The notes under the pieces: generated by a model
Database searches by the model: none
Seen by the model: the letters and a program-made list of their open reading frames with translations, nothing else
Told to the model about the DNA's origin: nothing
Position numbers and translations under genes: made by a program
Shown: one piece after another, positions 25,142-32,000 of the stretch
How the letters are laid out: each line of letters starts with the position of its first letter
Position numbering within the stretch: the stretch's first letter is position 1
Assembly: GCF_000981785.2 (NCBI RefSeq)
Contig: NZ_CP011304.1
Coordinates: 3,510,001 to 3,542,000, forward strand
Direction: 5' to 3'
Origin: Microcystis aeruginosa NIES-2549
GTDB taxonomy: Bacteria; Cyanobacteriota; Cyanobacteriia; Cyanobacteriales; Microcystaceae
Length of the DNA: 32,000 nucleotides

Positions 25142-26172
25142 TTCTTGGAGCTATGAGGTACAATGAAAAGCAAATAGACAAATAATAGAACTCGCCAGCT
25201 TCCTATGAGACCCTATTCCGTAGATTTTCGCCAAAAAATTATCGATGTCTGGAAGAAAGAAAAAATTTCTATTCGAGGACTAGCCCAGAGATTTGACGTG
25301 GCTAAAAGCTTTATTCAGAAGTTATTGAAGCAACATAAAGAAACAGGAGATATCCGTCCTCGTCCACAAGGGGGAAGTCCGCCAACCAAGTTAAATAGTG
25401 AACAACTGATAATTTTAATAGAAATCATCGAATCTAACAATGATGCAACTCTCGAAGAATTATCGGACTTACTGTATGAAAAGACACAGGTGAAAGTCAG
25501 TAGAGCCACCCTGGGGCGGCTTACGCAAAAACTCAATTACAGTTTCAAAAAAAAAACACTACACGCGGCGGAAAAAGAAAGTGACAGGGTACAGCAAAAA
25601 AGAGTGGAATACTGGTCTCAAGTTCGGGAAATTGAGGCATCAAAACTAATTTTCATCGATGAATCGGGGGTAAATTTAGCCCTTTTGAGACTCTATGCCA
25701 GAGCCTTAATTGGTCGAAGAGATCGGGGAAGAAAACCACAAAAAAGAGGGAGAAATATTTCAATAATTAGTGCTATAAGCTTAGAAAAAGTTGTGGCATC
25801 AGTCAACATATACGGTGCAGTGGATGCGGTAACATTTGAAGGATTTATTCTGAAGGAAGTGCTGCCAAAAATTAAAGAAGGAGACTGTTTGCTCATGGAT
25901 AACGCCAAGATTCATCTCGGAGAAATGGTCAGAGAAATAATTGAACAAGAAAAAGCTAGACTCATCTATTTACCTCCTTATTCTCCCGAATTCTCTCCTA
26001 TTGAAAACTTTTGGTCAAAAGTCAAAGCGATATTAAGAAAACTGAAGGCGAGAACTTACAAAGACTTAATAGAAGGGATTGAATTAGCTATGTTAGAAGT
26101 TACTCAAAAAGATATTCGCAATTGGTTTACTCACTGTTGCTACTGTACCTCATGAGTCAGAGAATTGCTATA
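25134..26172 (+). mobile_element. IS630-family insertion sequence (copy B), apparently intact
   Basis: Termini TATAGC-N14-TGAGGTACA (25134-25162) and TGTACCTCA-N14-GCTATA (26144-26172). A single 316-aa transposase ORF lies inside. 1039 bp. Confidence 0.85.
25205..26155 (+). CDS. IS630-family DDE transposase (contiguous ORF)
   Basis: N-terminal HTH (...ISIRGLAQRFDVAKSFIQKLLKQ...), FIDESGVN, LLMDNAKIH, LPPYSPEFSPIENFWSKVK. The A10 run at 25547-25556 is read through in frame. Confidence 0.9.
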   Translation: MRPYSVDFRQKIIDVWKKEKISIRGLAQRFDVAKSFIQKLLKQHKETGDIRPRPQGGSPPTKLNSEQLIILIEIIESNNDATLEELSDLLYEKTQVKVSRATLGRLTQKLNYSFKKKTLHAAEKESDRVQQKRVEYWSQVREIEASKLIFIDESGVNLALLRLYARALIGRRDRGRKPQKRGRNISIISAISLEKVVASVNIYGAVDAVTFEGFILKEVLPKIKEGDCLLMDNAKIHLGEMVREIIEQEKARLIYLPPYSPEFSPIENFWSKVKAILRKLKARTYKDLIEGIELAMLEVTQKDIRNWFTHCCYCTS

Positions 26173-27016
26173 AGACATCATCTAAGCTTTCAAATCTTAG
26201 GACTAATGTTTCAAGTGAGTGAATCAACGGCTCATAATATCTTTACCTATTGGCAAAAACTTTTTGAATAAGAGTTACCGACAAGTTTGTTATAACAAAT
26301 AAAGAAGTGCCAAAAAGAGGAAATAATAATTGAACAATTAAGGGATTATGAGTTGATTGTCGATAGCGCAAAACAGCTCGTGGAGAGGCCGACCGATTAT
26401 CAAGAACAAAAAATATATTATTCGGGAAAGCAAAAAAGACATACTTTAAAAAGTCAATTTATTGTTTTGCCAAAAGCTGAAGATATTGTTGATGTATTTA
26501 TTGGTCAACCTAGTCCGACGAGCGACATAAAAATCTGTCGGGAAACTTTAAGCAAATTCGATTATCAACAAGCTTTTATTGGAGATAAAGCTTACCTGGG
26601 AGAAAATCAAATCAGAACTCCTGATAAAAAACCTAAGAACGGAGAATTAACCGAGAATCAAATTAAAGAAAATAAAGTTTTATTATCTCGGCGAATTTTT
26701 GTTGAGCATTTAATTCGAGTTGTCAAAGTATTTAAGGTAGTTCAAGAAAGATTTAGATTAAATATAGCGTTTTTCAGTCTGCTGAGGTACAAAAGTTATG
26801 GGTTTTAGGCAAAAGGCAAGAGGCAAAAGGCAAAGGGGAAGAAAAACAGGTGTACCTCACTAGCTTAGGAAACGCTATAAAAGTCGATATAAATCGGTTT
26901 TACTTACCGTTTGTGGCTTAGTAAGGTTGAGAATTAGTGCGCTAATTTTAGAATTAATAGAATGGGAGCAATCAGGGGAAGTAATTGACGTTATAATTAG
27001 CCATAGTTTTCCGTAA
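26173..27016 (+). pseudogene. IS5/Harbinger-type (DDE_Tnp_4) transposase pseudogene: 5'-truncated, in-frame stops, MITE insertion
   Basis: Reads RHHLSFQILGLMFQVSESTAHNIFTYWQKLFE*...*...ELIVDSAKQLVERP...YYSGKQKRHTLK...GDKAYLG...RIFVEHLI...ERFRLN. It is then interrupted at 26763-26879, and the frame resumes to a stop at 27014-27016 once the MITE is removed. Confidence 0.7.
26763..26879. mobile_element. 117-bp MITE (IS630-type termini) inserted in the IS5-type transposase gene
   Basis: TATAGC-N14-TGAGGTACA (26763-26791) and TGTACCTCA-N14-GCTATA (26851-26879). The interior holds AGGCAAA heptamer repeats. Flanked by TA. Confidence 0.8.
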
Positions 27017-27112
27017 AAATTCGATTTTGTCTCTTAAAACCCTGATTAATCGGTTTTTAGAGCTAATTTTGACTCTTGGTCTAATCTGCCTGTATTCCTT
27101 GCTGTGACTGAC

Positions 27113-27250
27113 TTACAAATTTTTGGAGATGTCTATTGCTCTTCTCTCTATAATCCCTGCCACCATGAATAAATTCTTGTCTTTCCATTGGGTTCTATCT
27201 ATTGCTAAGTACAGTCGTTTCCCTGGCTTGAATTTAATTTTAATTATTAT
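27113..27250 (-). pseudogene. Internal scrap of an IS4-like transposase fused in frame to the methyltransferase stump
   Basis: ...KPGKRLYLAIDRTQWKDKNLFMVAGIIERRAI... resembles the first catalytic-Asp region (AIDRTxW) of IS4-family transposases. There is an abrupt switch to AT-rich sequence at about 27250. Confidence 0.4.
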
Positions 27251-28126
27251 TCGATCGAATAGACCGCCGTTGAGATAGGGAATCTTGCCCCATTTTGAAT
27301 CGAGATTGGGACGCTGTTGGTTCAACGTCTGGAAAAATAAGGGTTCGAGGACGCTAGTGTAATATTCTGTGTCATCGGGGTCGGGTCTTAGATGTTTGTA
27401 TTGGGTAGTGAGGAAACGACGATCCCCCGCCAAAAACTCTTTCTTCTGGAGAAAGTAGAGGAACATTATCCTTCCTAACAGTCGCTGAGAGAACTGGTGT
27501 AAACGGTCTGAGTCCTCAAAATAGGGGTGGTCATTGTGCAACTTTACTGCCTGCTGAACCTGATCAAACAGTTGTTTATATCCCCTATAGAAACTCTTAG
27601 TCAGCTTCTCAACATCAAAGGCTTCACACTGTACCTTGTAGAGTTCCTGCGGTGACTTATCTCTGACAGCGATCGCTTCCAATCGATCGAGGTCGTAAGC
27701 GGTAGGATTGGTACGGTCAATTAAAAGTTTTCTGATGCTGGCCTTGAGATTCATCTTATCGTCAAAGCTCTTGCGGGGATTGACCAACATCAATTGGTTG
27801 TAGTCTTTGGTTGCCAATAAGAGAAACTCGGTATCACGACGACCTACCTGAGAAGCGATCGCTTTCATGCGACTACTGGCAACACTGGGGGAAGACCACT
27901 CCTCCGGCTGCAATTGGAACAGCAACACCTGTAATCCCCCATTCCCCTGATCGGCAATCAGGTAGGCATCATAGACGGCTTCGGCACTTCTGGAAGTTAA
28001 CTGCAAGTCCTCTAGGTTTAGAGGTTGCGCTTCGGCATCGTAACCTAACCGATGGAATAGGGCCGCTACCCCATCGGGGCTAGTTAAAGTCTTTAAATCG
28101 TCTAGTCTTAGTAATCGTTCCGGCAT
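27251..28126 (-). pseudogene. N-terminal fragment of a type IIG restriction-modification / BREX PglX-like DNA methyltransferase
   Basis: ALFHRLGY..., LLLATKDYNQLMLVNPR, FDVEKLTKSFYRGYKQLF, LLGRIMFLYFLQKKEFL, IPYLNGGLFD are conserved N-terminal motifs of this family. No SAM-binding or NPPY module follows. The ORF runs into IS debris. Confidence 0.6.
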
Positions 28127-28375
28127 TTCCCCAACTTCCAAAACTGATTTCGATTATTCCTCTTAGGCGATCGCCTACCCGCCCTTTGGTGATGGATCAG
28201 CAAAACTATCGATTATTATCAATGCAATTGTCAAGGTTTACCACCTATCTCTAGGATGCCACGAATAGCGGTCAATACTTCACTTTCTCTCACCAGAAGT
28301 AAAGTAGTACAGAGTTATCCCTTAGTAAAGATGAAGGGGAACTATAGTTAAGAAAGGGAACTGGGAATCGGAACG

Positions 28376-29308
28376 ATGATCGAGCGACACAGAAGGAGAT
28401 TGGCTAACGGGGAGGAGCGGGTCTATACTTACGGGGTTGGAGCGGACGGTGAGCGTCAGTCTTTGTCGATCCGTTCCGTTGATGGTTCCGTTTCAATCTC
28501 CTGCTATAGGGGAGCAGAAAAAGAGCGGGTGGTGGCCGCCCTACTAGCCAATGCCAGTTTGTTGGTGGTGGGGGAAGACGGAGCGGGGAAGACCTTTTTA
28601 GCGGAGCGGGTAATCGAGGACTTGTGGGGGCGGGGGTTTCCGGTGGCCGCCCCTGCCATCGGCACGGTCAAACAGATGCTTCTGGAAATCGCCGGGGATT
28701 TGGGGGTAGATACGGAAACGCTAGAGGGCAAACCGATGACGGCACAACAGTTACAGGAAACCATCGCCGAATGGTTAGAGGGTAACGTCGCTTTTCTAGT
28801 CATGGACAATGCCCACAGGTTCCCCGTTTCCCTGCGTTGTTGGCTGGAAAAACTGCATTTACAGGGACAGCCGATATTATTGTTGGCCACTTACCCCCCG
28901 GCCCGAGATATTTTTTTGAAGCTTCCCCGCATCGAATTGGAAGCTTTACCAGAAAGGGCGATCCGCGAAATTATGGAAGGAGAAGCGGTCAGTTTGGGAT
29001 TGCAGGTGACACCGGGTAAACTAGCCGATTGGCAACAACGGGCGATCGGTAATCCCATGTTAGCCAAACGGGTGGTCAAGGAAGAATATTTAGGATTGGA
29101 GGGTAATAATTATGACCATACCCAGTGGATCGACGGTACTCCCCTACTAATTGCGGTTCTCATGTGTTTTATGATTCTGCGATTCTTGGGACTCGGTTTT
29201 AATAACACCAGTCTTTATCTGATCGGAGGGATACTGACTGTAGCGGTGGGAATGGTCAGGTTGATGATTTATTCCTTACCCCGACAGTCTAACCGTTTGG
29301 GACGCTGA
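28376..29308 (+). CDS. Membrane-anchored P-loop ATPase (AAA_22/TniB-ExeA-like core, two C-terminal TM helices)
   Basis: Walker A GEDGAGKT, Walker B-like AFLVMDNAH, and the C-terminal hydrophobic segments LLIAVLMCFMILRFLGLGF and LYLIGGILTVAVGMVRLMIY. Confidence 0.7.
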   Translation: MIERHRRRLANGEERVYTYGVGADGERQSLSIRSVDGSVSISCYRGAEKERVVAALLANASLLVVGEDGAGKTFLAERVIEDLWGRGFPVAAPAIGTVKQMLLEIAGDLGVDTETLEGKPMTAQQLQETIAEWLEGNVAFLVMDNAHRFPVSLRCWLEKLHLQGQPILLLATYPPARDIFLKLPRIELEALPERAIREIMEGEAVSLGLQVTPGKLADWQQRAIGNPMLAKRVVKEEYLGLEGNNYDHTQWIDGTPLLIAVLMCFMILRFLGLGFNNTSLYLIGGILTVAVGMVRLMIYSLPRQSNRLGR

Positions 29309-29320
29309 TCTTATTGATCA

Positions 29321-29393
29321 GTTGTTAGTTATCGGTTATCAGTTATCGGCTATTAGTTGTCAGTTTACCTATTACCTATTACCGATTACCGAT
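29321..29393. repeat. Two adjacent heptanucleotide arrays (GTTATCR x6, TACCKAT x4)
   Basis: 29321-29362: GTTGTTA GTTATCG GTTATCA GTTATCG GCTATTA GTTGTCA. 29366-29393: TACCTAT TACCTAT TACCGAT TACCGAT. Confidence 0.85.
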
Positions 29394-29474
29394 CACAGCC
29401 AAAAACCAACCTTTGCCGATCGATAATTTAATTATAATTTACAATTCTCACCTCCCAATTCAGAACTGATAAAC

Positions 29475-29536
29475 TATAATTTGTAATCTATAATTCACAA
29501 TTTATAATTCATAATTTATAACTCATAATTTATATT
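29475..29536. repeat. Four 14-bp tandem repeats, each holding a TATAAT/TATAAC hexamer, abutting the start codon at 29537
   Basis: TATAATTTGTAATC / TATAATTCACAATT / TATAATTCATAATT / TATAACTCATAATT / TATATT, then ATGATG. Confidence 0.85.
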
Positions 29537-30589
29537 ATGATGAGCGTCACTCATATAGCCTTTTCGGTAGCTTTGACGAGCATAACGTTGGGAACCGCCA
29601 ATCCGGAGATATTGGGCATAGCGGCAGTGGCGGCCTTGTTGCCAGATATTGACACGGGCAAAAGCTCGATCGGACGGCTCTTGTTTCCCGTCAGCAGTTG
29701 GCTAGAAAAGAGAACGGTTCACCGGGGCATAACCCACAGTTTCTTTGCGTCGGGTGTCGTCACCCTTGCGGCTTATCCCCTAGCCCTACTGGGTTATAGT
29801 CAACTCTGGTACGGTCTGATTCTCGGTTACTTTTTCGGCTGGTTTGCCGATGTTTTTACCAAGTCGGGAGTGCAGGCGTTCTATCCCGGTCGGGGAAGGA
29901 TGATCATCCCCAGAAATCCTCGTTTGAGGTTGGCCACGGGCAGTAATGCCGAGTGGTTCCTGCTGTTTGTTCTTGTGGTCGTCTCGGTTATGAGTATTTC
30001 TATCAACAGTGGTGGTGGTCTGATTCGCGGATTCAATCAGGTGTTGGGTTTGCCGTCGGGAGCGATCGAGACGGTGAACGAGGATGCTTCCCGTTATCTG
30101 TTGCGAGTTAGGGTTCAAGGGAGAAATGCCATTACCGAACAGCCGGTGGATGCCACCTACGAGGTAATCGAACCGTTGACCGTTAGCGATCTGCTGGTCA
30201 AGGACGAAGGGGGAACGTTGTACCGACTGGGTTCGAGTCAGGAATCTCAGATCATCGCGTCCCGCATTCGGGTGGAACGGGTCGCACCAGTCCAAGTAAA
30301 GATCGAAAATATTGTCTTGGAAGATGAGTATTTAGATAGGCTCGCTAATTTAACGGAACCCTTCGGCGTAGCTCAGGGTAACAGGGTATATTTAACGGGA
30401 ACGCTGACCATTGCCGATGGTTCGGGTCTAAGTTTGCCCAGTCATGCCGACCGTTTCGATACTATTACCCTACAACCGGGTCACGTCGCCTACGCCCGAC
30501 TTACCGCCGCTAGTCCCCAGTATGTGATCGACAAGTTGGGAGAATACAGCGTTTCAGGTCATCTCATCGCTAGGATCATAAATGTTTAA
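29537..30589 (+). CDS. YdjM/DUF457-type membrane-bound metal-dependent hydrolase fused to an unassigned ~185-aa C-terminal domain
   Basis: N-terminal THIAFSVAL..., LLPDIDTGKSSIGR and HRGITHS, with 4-5 TM segments up to about residue 165. The remainder is soluble, beta-rich-looking, with no motif I recognise. Confidence 0.7.
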   Translation: MMSVTHIAFSVALTSITLGTANPEILGIAAVAALLPDIDTGKSSIGRLLFPVSSWLEKRTVHRGITHSFFASGVVTLAAYPLALLGYSQLWYGLILGYFFGWFADVFTKSGVQAFYPGRGRMIIPRNPRLRLATGSNAEWFLLFVLVVVSVMSISINSGGGLIRGFNQVLGLPSGAIETVNEDASRYLLRVRVQGRNAITEQPVDATYEVIEPLTVSDLLVKDEGGTLYRLGSSQESQIIASRIRVERVAPVQVKIENIVLEDEYLDRLANLTEPFGVAQGNRVYLTGTLTIADGSGLSLPSHADRFDTITLQPGHVAYARLTAASPQYVIDKLGEYSVSGHLIARIINV

Positions 30590-31676
30590 TAAACAGCAGA
30601 AACCATTACCCACCGCCGTTTTACGGGCCACCAATTCCCCATCGGACGAATCATCGCCACCGTCTGGCATTCTCTTGGGGGATAACTGTTATTGGAATCC
30701 TGGTCATCTCCCCAACGGTCACATCGTCGCCATCGGTGCATCCGGTAGTGGCAAAACCCAGACCCTCAAAGCGATCGCTTATTCCCTCAGACAGACCTAT
30801 CCCGATATTCAGTTATTTATCATCGATTTCCACGGTGATCAAGAGATTATCGGCGAAACTTGTTATCCCCTGCACATGGCCAGTTCTCACGGCATCAATC
30901 CCCTGATTGTCAACCTCGATGCTGAAGGGGGTGGTCCCCATCTACAGGCCATCGCCGTTACCACCACTCTAAAACGTTCTTTGCAGTTGGGACCAAATCA
31001 GGAGGGTTTACTGTTAGAAATATTGCAATTTTGTTATGACCGGCGGGGTATCAGCCAAGAACAACCGACAAGTTGGACAAGGGAAGCGCCCAATTTTACC
31101 GATTTGCAGCAGGAGATCGAGTCGCGGGTGGAGAGCGGCTGTAAGGAATCGCAAAAACTGAAACTGAAACTGATAGCCACCTTCACCTACGGTGTCTTCT
31201 GCCGTCCTCAACCCAACTTCACCGAGAAACATATCCGCATCGACCTCTCGAAATTACCGCCGGAGATCGGGGCGATCGCCGCCGAATCCTTGGCCTGGCA
31301 ATTGATGAACCAACACCGGTTAACCGGCGAAATCGAAGGGAAACTACCCCGTACCTACCTATTCATCGATGAGGCTAAAGAATTGCGGAAAAGTCGGGCC
31401 TGTGACCGCATCATCGCTGACGGTCGTAAATACGGGCTGGGTTTGGTGTTGGCATCCCAATCGGAACGACATCTCAGCGACGACGTGATCGGTAACTCCT
31501 CTACCAAAATCGTTTTGCCAGTGGACCAATCGGAAGTGAAACGGGTGGCCGCCAAATTCCGGTTTGCCGAGAAGAAAGTAGCCGAGTTAGTACCCTTGAC
31601 CGCCCTATGTCGTTTCGGCAAACAGGCAGAAGTGACCAGTATCTTTCCCTATCACCGGAGGGTAGAAGATGGTTAG
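30582..31676 (+). CDS. HerA/FtsK-superfamily P-loop ATPase (DUF87-like)
   Basis: GHIVAIGASGSGKTQT (Walker A), YLFIDEAKEL (Walker B), GRKYGLGLVLASQSERHLSDDVIGNSSTKIVL. Its start overlaps the upstream stop by 8 nt (ATGTTTAA). Confidence 0.8.
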   Translation: MFNKQQKPLPTAVLRATNSPSDESSPPSGILLGDNCYWNPGHLPNGHIVAIGASGSGKTQTLKAIAYSLRQTYPDIQLFIIDFHGDQEIIGETCYPLHMASSHGINPLIVNLDAEGGGPHLQAIAVTTTLKRSLQLGPNQEGLLLEILQFCYDRRGISQEQPTSWTREAPNFTDLQQEIESRVESGCKESQKLKLKLIATFTYGVFCRPQPNFTEKHIRIDLSKLPPEIGAIAAESLAWQLMNQHRLTGEIEGKLPRTYLFIDEAKELRKSRACDRIIADGRKYGLGLVLASQSERHLSDDVIGNSSTKIVLPVDQSEVKRVAAKFRFAEKKVAELVPLTALCRFGKQAEVTSIFPYHRRVEDG

Positions 31677-32000
31677 CACTCTTTCTAAGTCAAAACCCCA
31701 CCAGCGACGCACCGAGAAGGTTTTTACTATCCTCGACGGCGCACCCCCTGGTACGACCTACGAAGGTCTGATCTCGTTGGTACGGGAGAAAACGGGTAAG
31801 GGTTGTTCCCGCAAGCTGATTAGTCGCTGGAAACGGGAACGCACGGGAGAAACCGTCTCAGAAATTCCAACTGTCTTGGAAATTCCAACTGTCTTAGAAA
31901 TTCCAACTGTCTTAGAAACGATCGCTTCTCAAAAAACACTCAGACAAAGTTCAGTGCCTGGCCTGAGCCACGTCGAAGGGCTTGCCCTGAGAGAAGCCGA
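31669..32000 (+). CDS. Hypothetical basic protein with EIPTVL x3 repeat, 3'-partial (continues beyond the window)
   Basis: Hand translation gives MVSTLSKSKPHQRRTEKVFTILDGAPPGTTYEGLISLVREKTGKGCSRKLISRWKRERTGETVSEIPTVLEIPTVLEIPTVLETIASQK... with no stop before 32000. Its start overlaps the upstream stop by 8 nt (ATGGTTAG). Confidence 0.6.
   Translation, partial: MVSTLSKSKPHQRRTEKVFTILDGAPPGTTYEGLISLVREKTGKGCSRKLISRWKRERTGETVSEIPTVLEIPTVLEIPTVLETIASQKTLRQSSVPGLSHVEGLALREA
31861..31914 (+). repeat. Three tandem 18-bp in-frame repeats GAAATTCCAACTGTCTT(G/A)
   Basis: Units at 31861, 31879 and 31897, differing only at the last base of unit 1. Confidence 0.9.

Noticed and set aside
25131-26191. Excision of IS630 copy B creating a perfect ATG ATG start (MMSYTIHFL...) for the GT41-like gene, preceded by an in-frame TAG
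   Set aside because: The right flank that would supply ATGATG is the complement of CAT CAT (His-His) within the IS5-type transposase coding remnant. The apparent start is probably coincidental.
28504-31621. ORFs overlapping the candidate module in other frames: minus-strand 28504-28890, 28891-29079, 29786-30295, 31014-31232, 31355-31621, and plus-strand 28837-29019
   Set aside because: Long shadow ORFs are expected in G+C-rich coding DNA. The annotated plus-strand frames carry clear Walker, YdjM and HerA motifs, whereas these do not.

Overview
This looks like a cyanobacterial chromosomal segment, probably from a Microcystis-like genome. That is an inference from CpcT, CrtR, ferredoxin-dependent GOGAT, many GCGATCGC (HIP1) sites, heptanucleotide repeat arrays and a heavy IS630/MITE load. 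Housekeeping genes are rplI, cpcT, xthA, crtR, glsF (4.6 kb), a VanY-type peptidase, malic enzyme and pip. Interleaved accessory cargo includes two tail-anchored coiled-coil repeat proteins flanking a small lipase, and HigBA and MNT/HepT toxin-antitoxin pairs on either side of a PEP-CTERM surface-protein gene. That gene is itself bracketed by G/C-tract MITEs and has a G10 tract in its candidate promoter. There are also two PIN-type TA cassettes and a NACHT/HEAT STAND NTPase locus broken by an IS630 element. From 25.1 to 28.1 kb lies an IS graveyard: an intact IS630 copy, an IS5-type transposase pseudogene carrying a MITE, an IS4-like scrap, and the N-terminal stump of a type IIG/PglX-like methyltransferase. 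The most interesting region is 28.4-32.0 kb. It is a visibly G+C-richer block of four same-strand ORFs, three of them translationally coupled: a membrane-anchored P-loop ATPase, a YdjM/DUF457-type membrane hydrolase with an unassigned C-terminal domain, a HerA/FtsK-type ATPase, and a basic repeat-containing protein that runs off the window. I cannot assign this block to any named system and flag it as a candidate new defence or DNA-translocation module. I found no rRNA, tRNA or CRISPR array. All calls rest on reading the ORF translations and the DNA by eye; no database search was possible.
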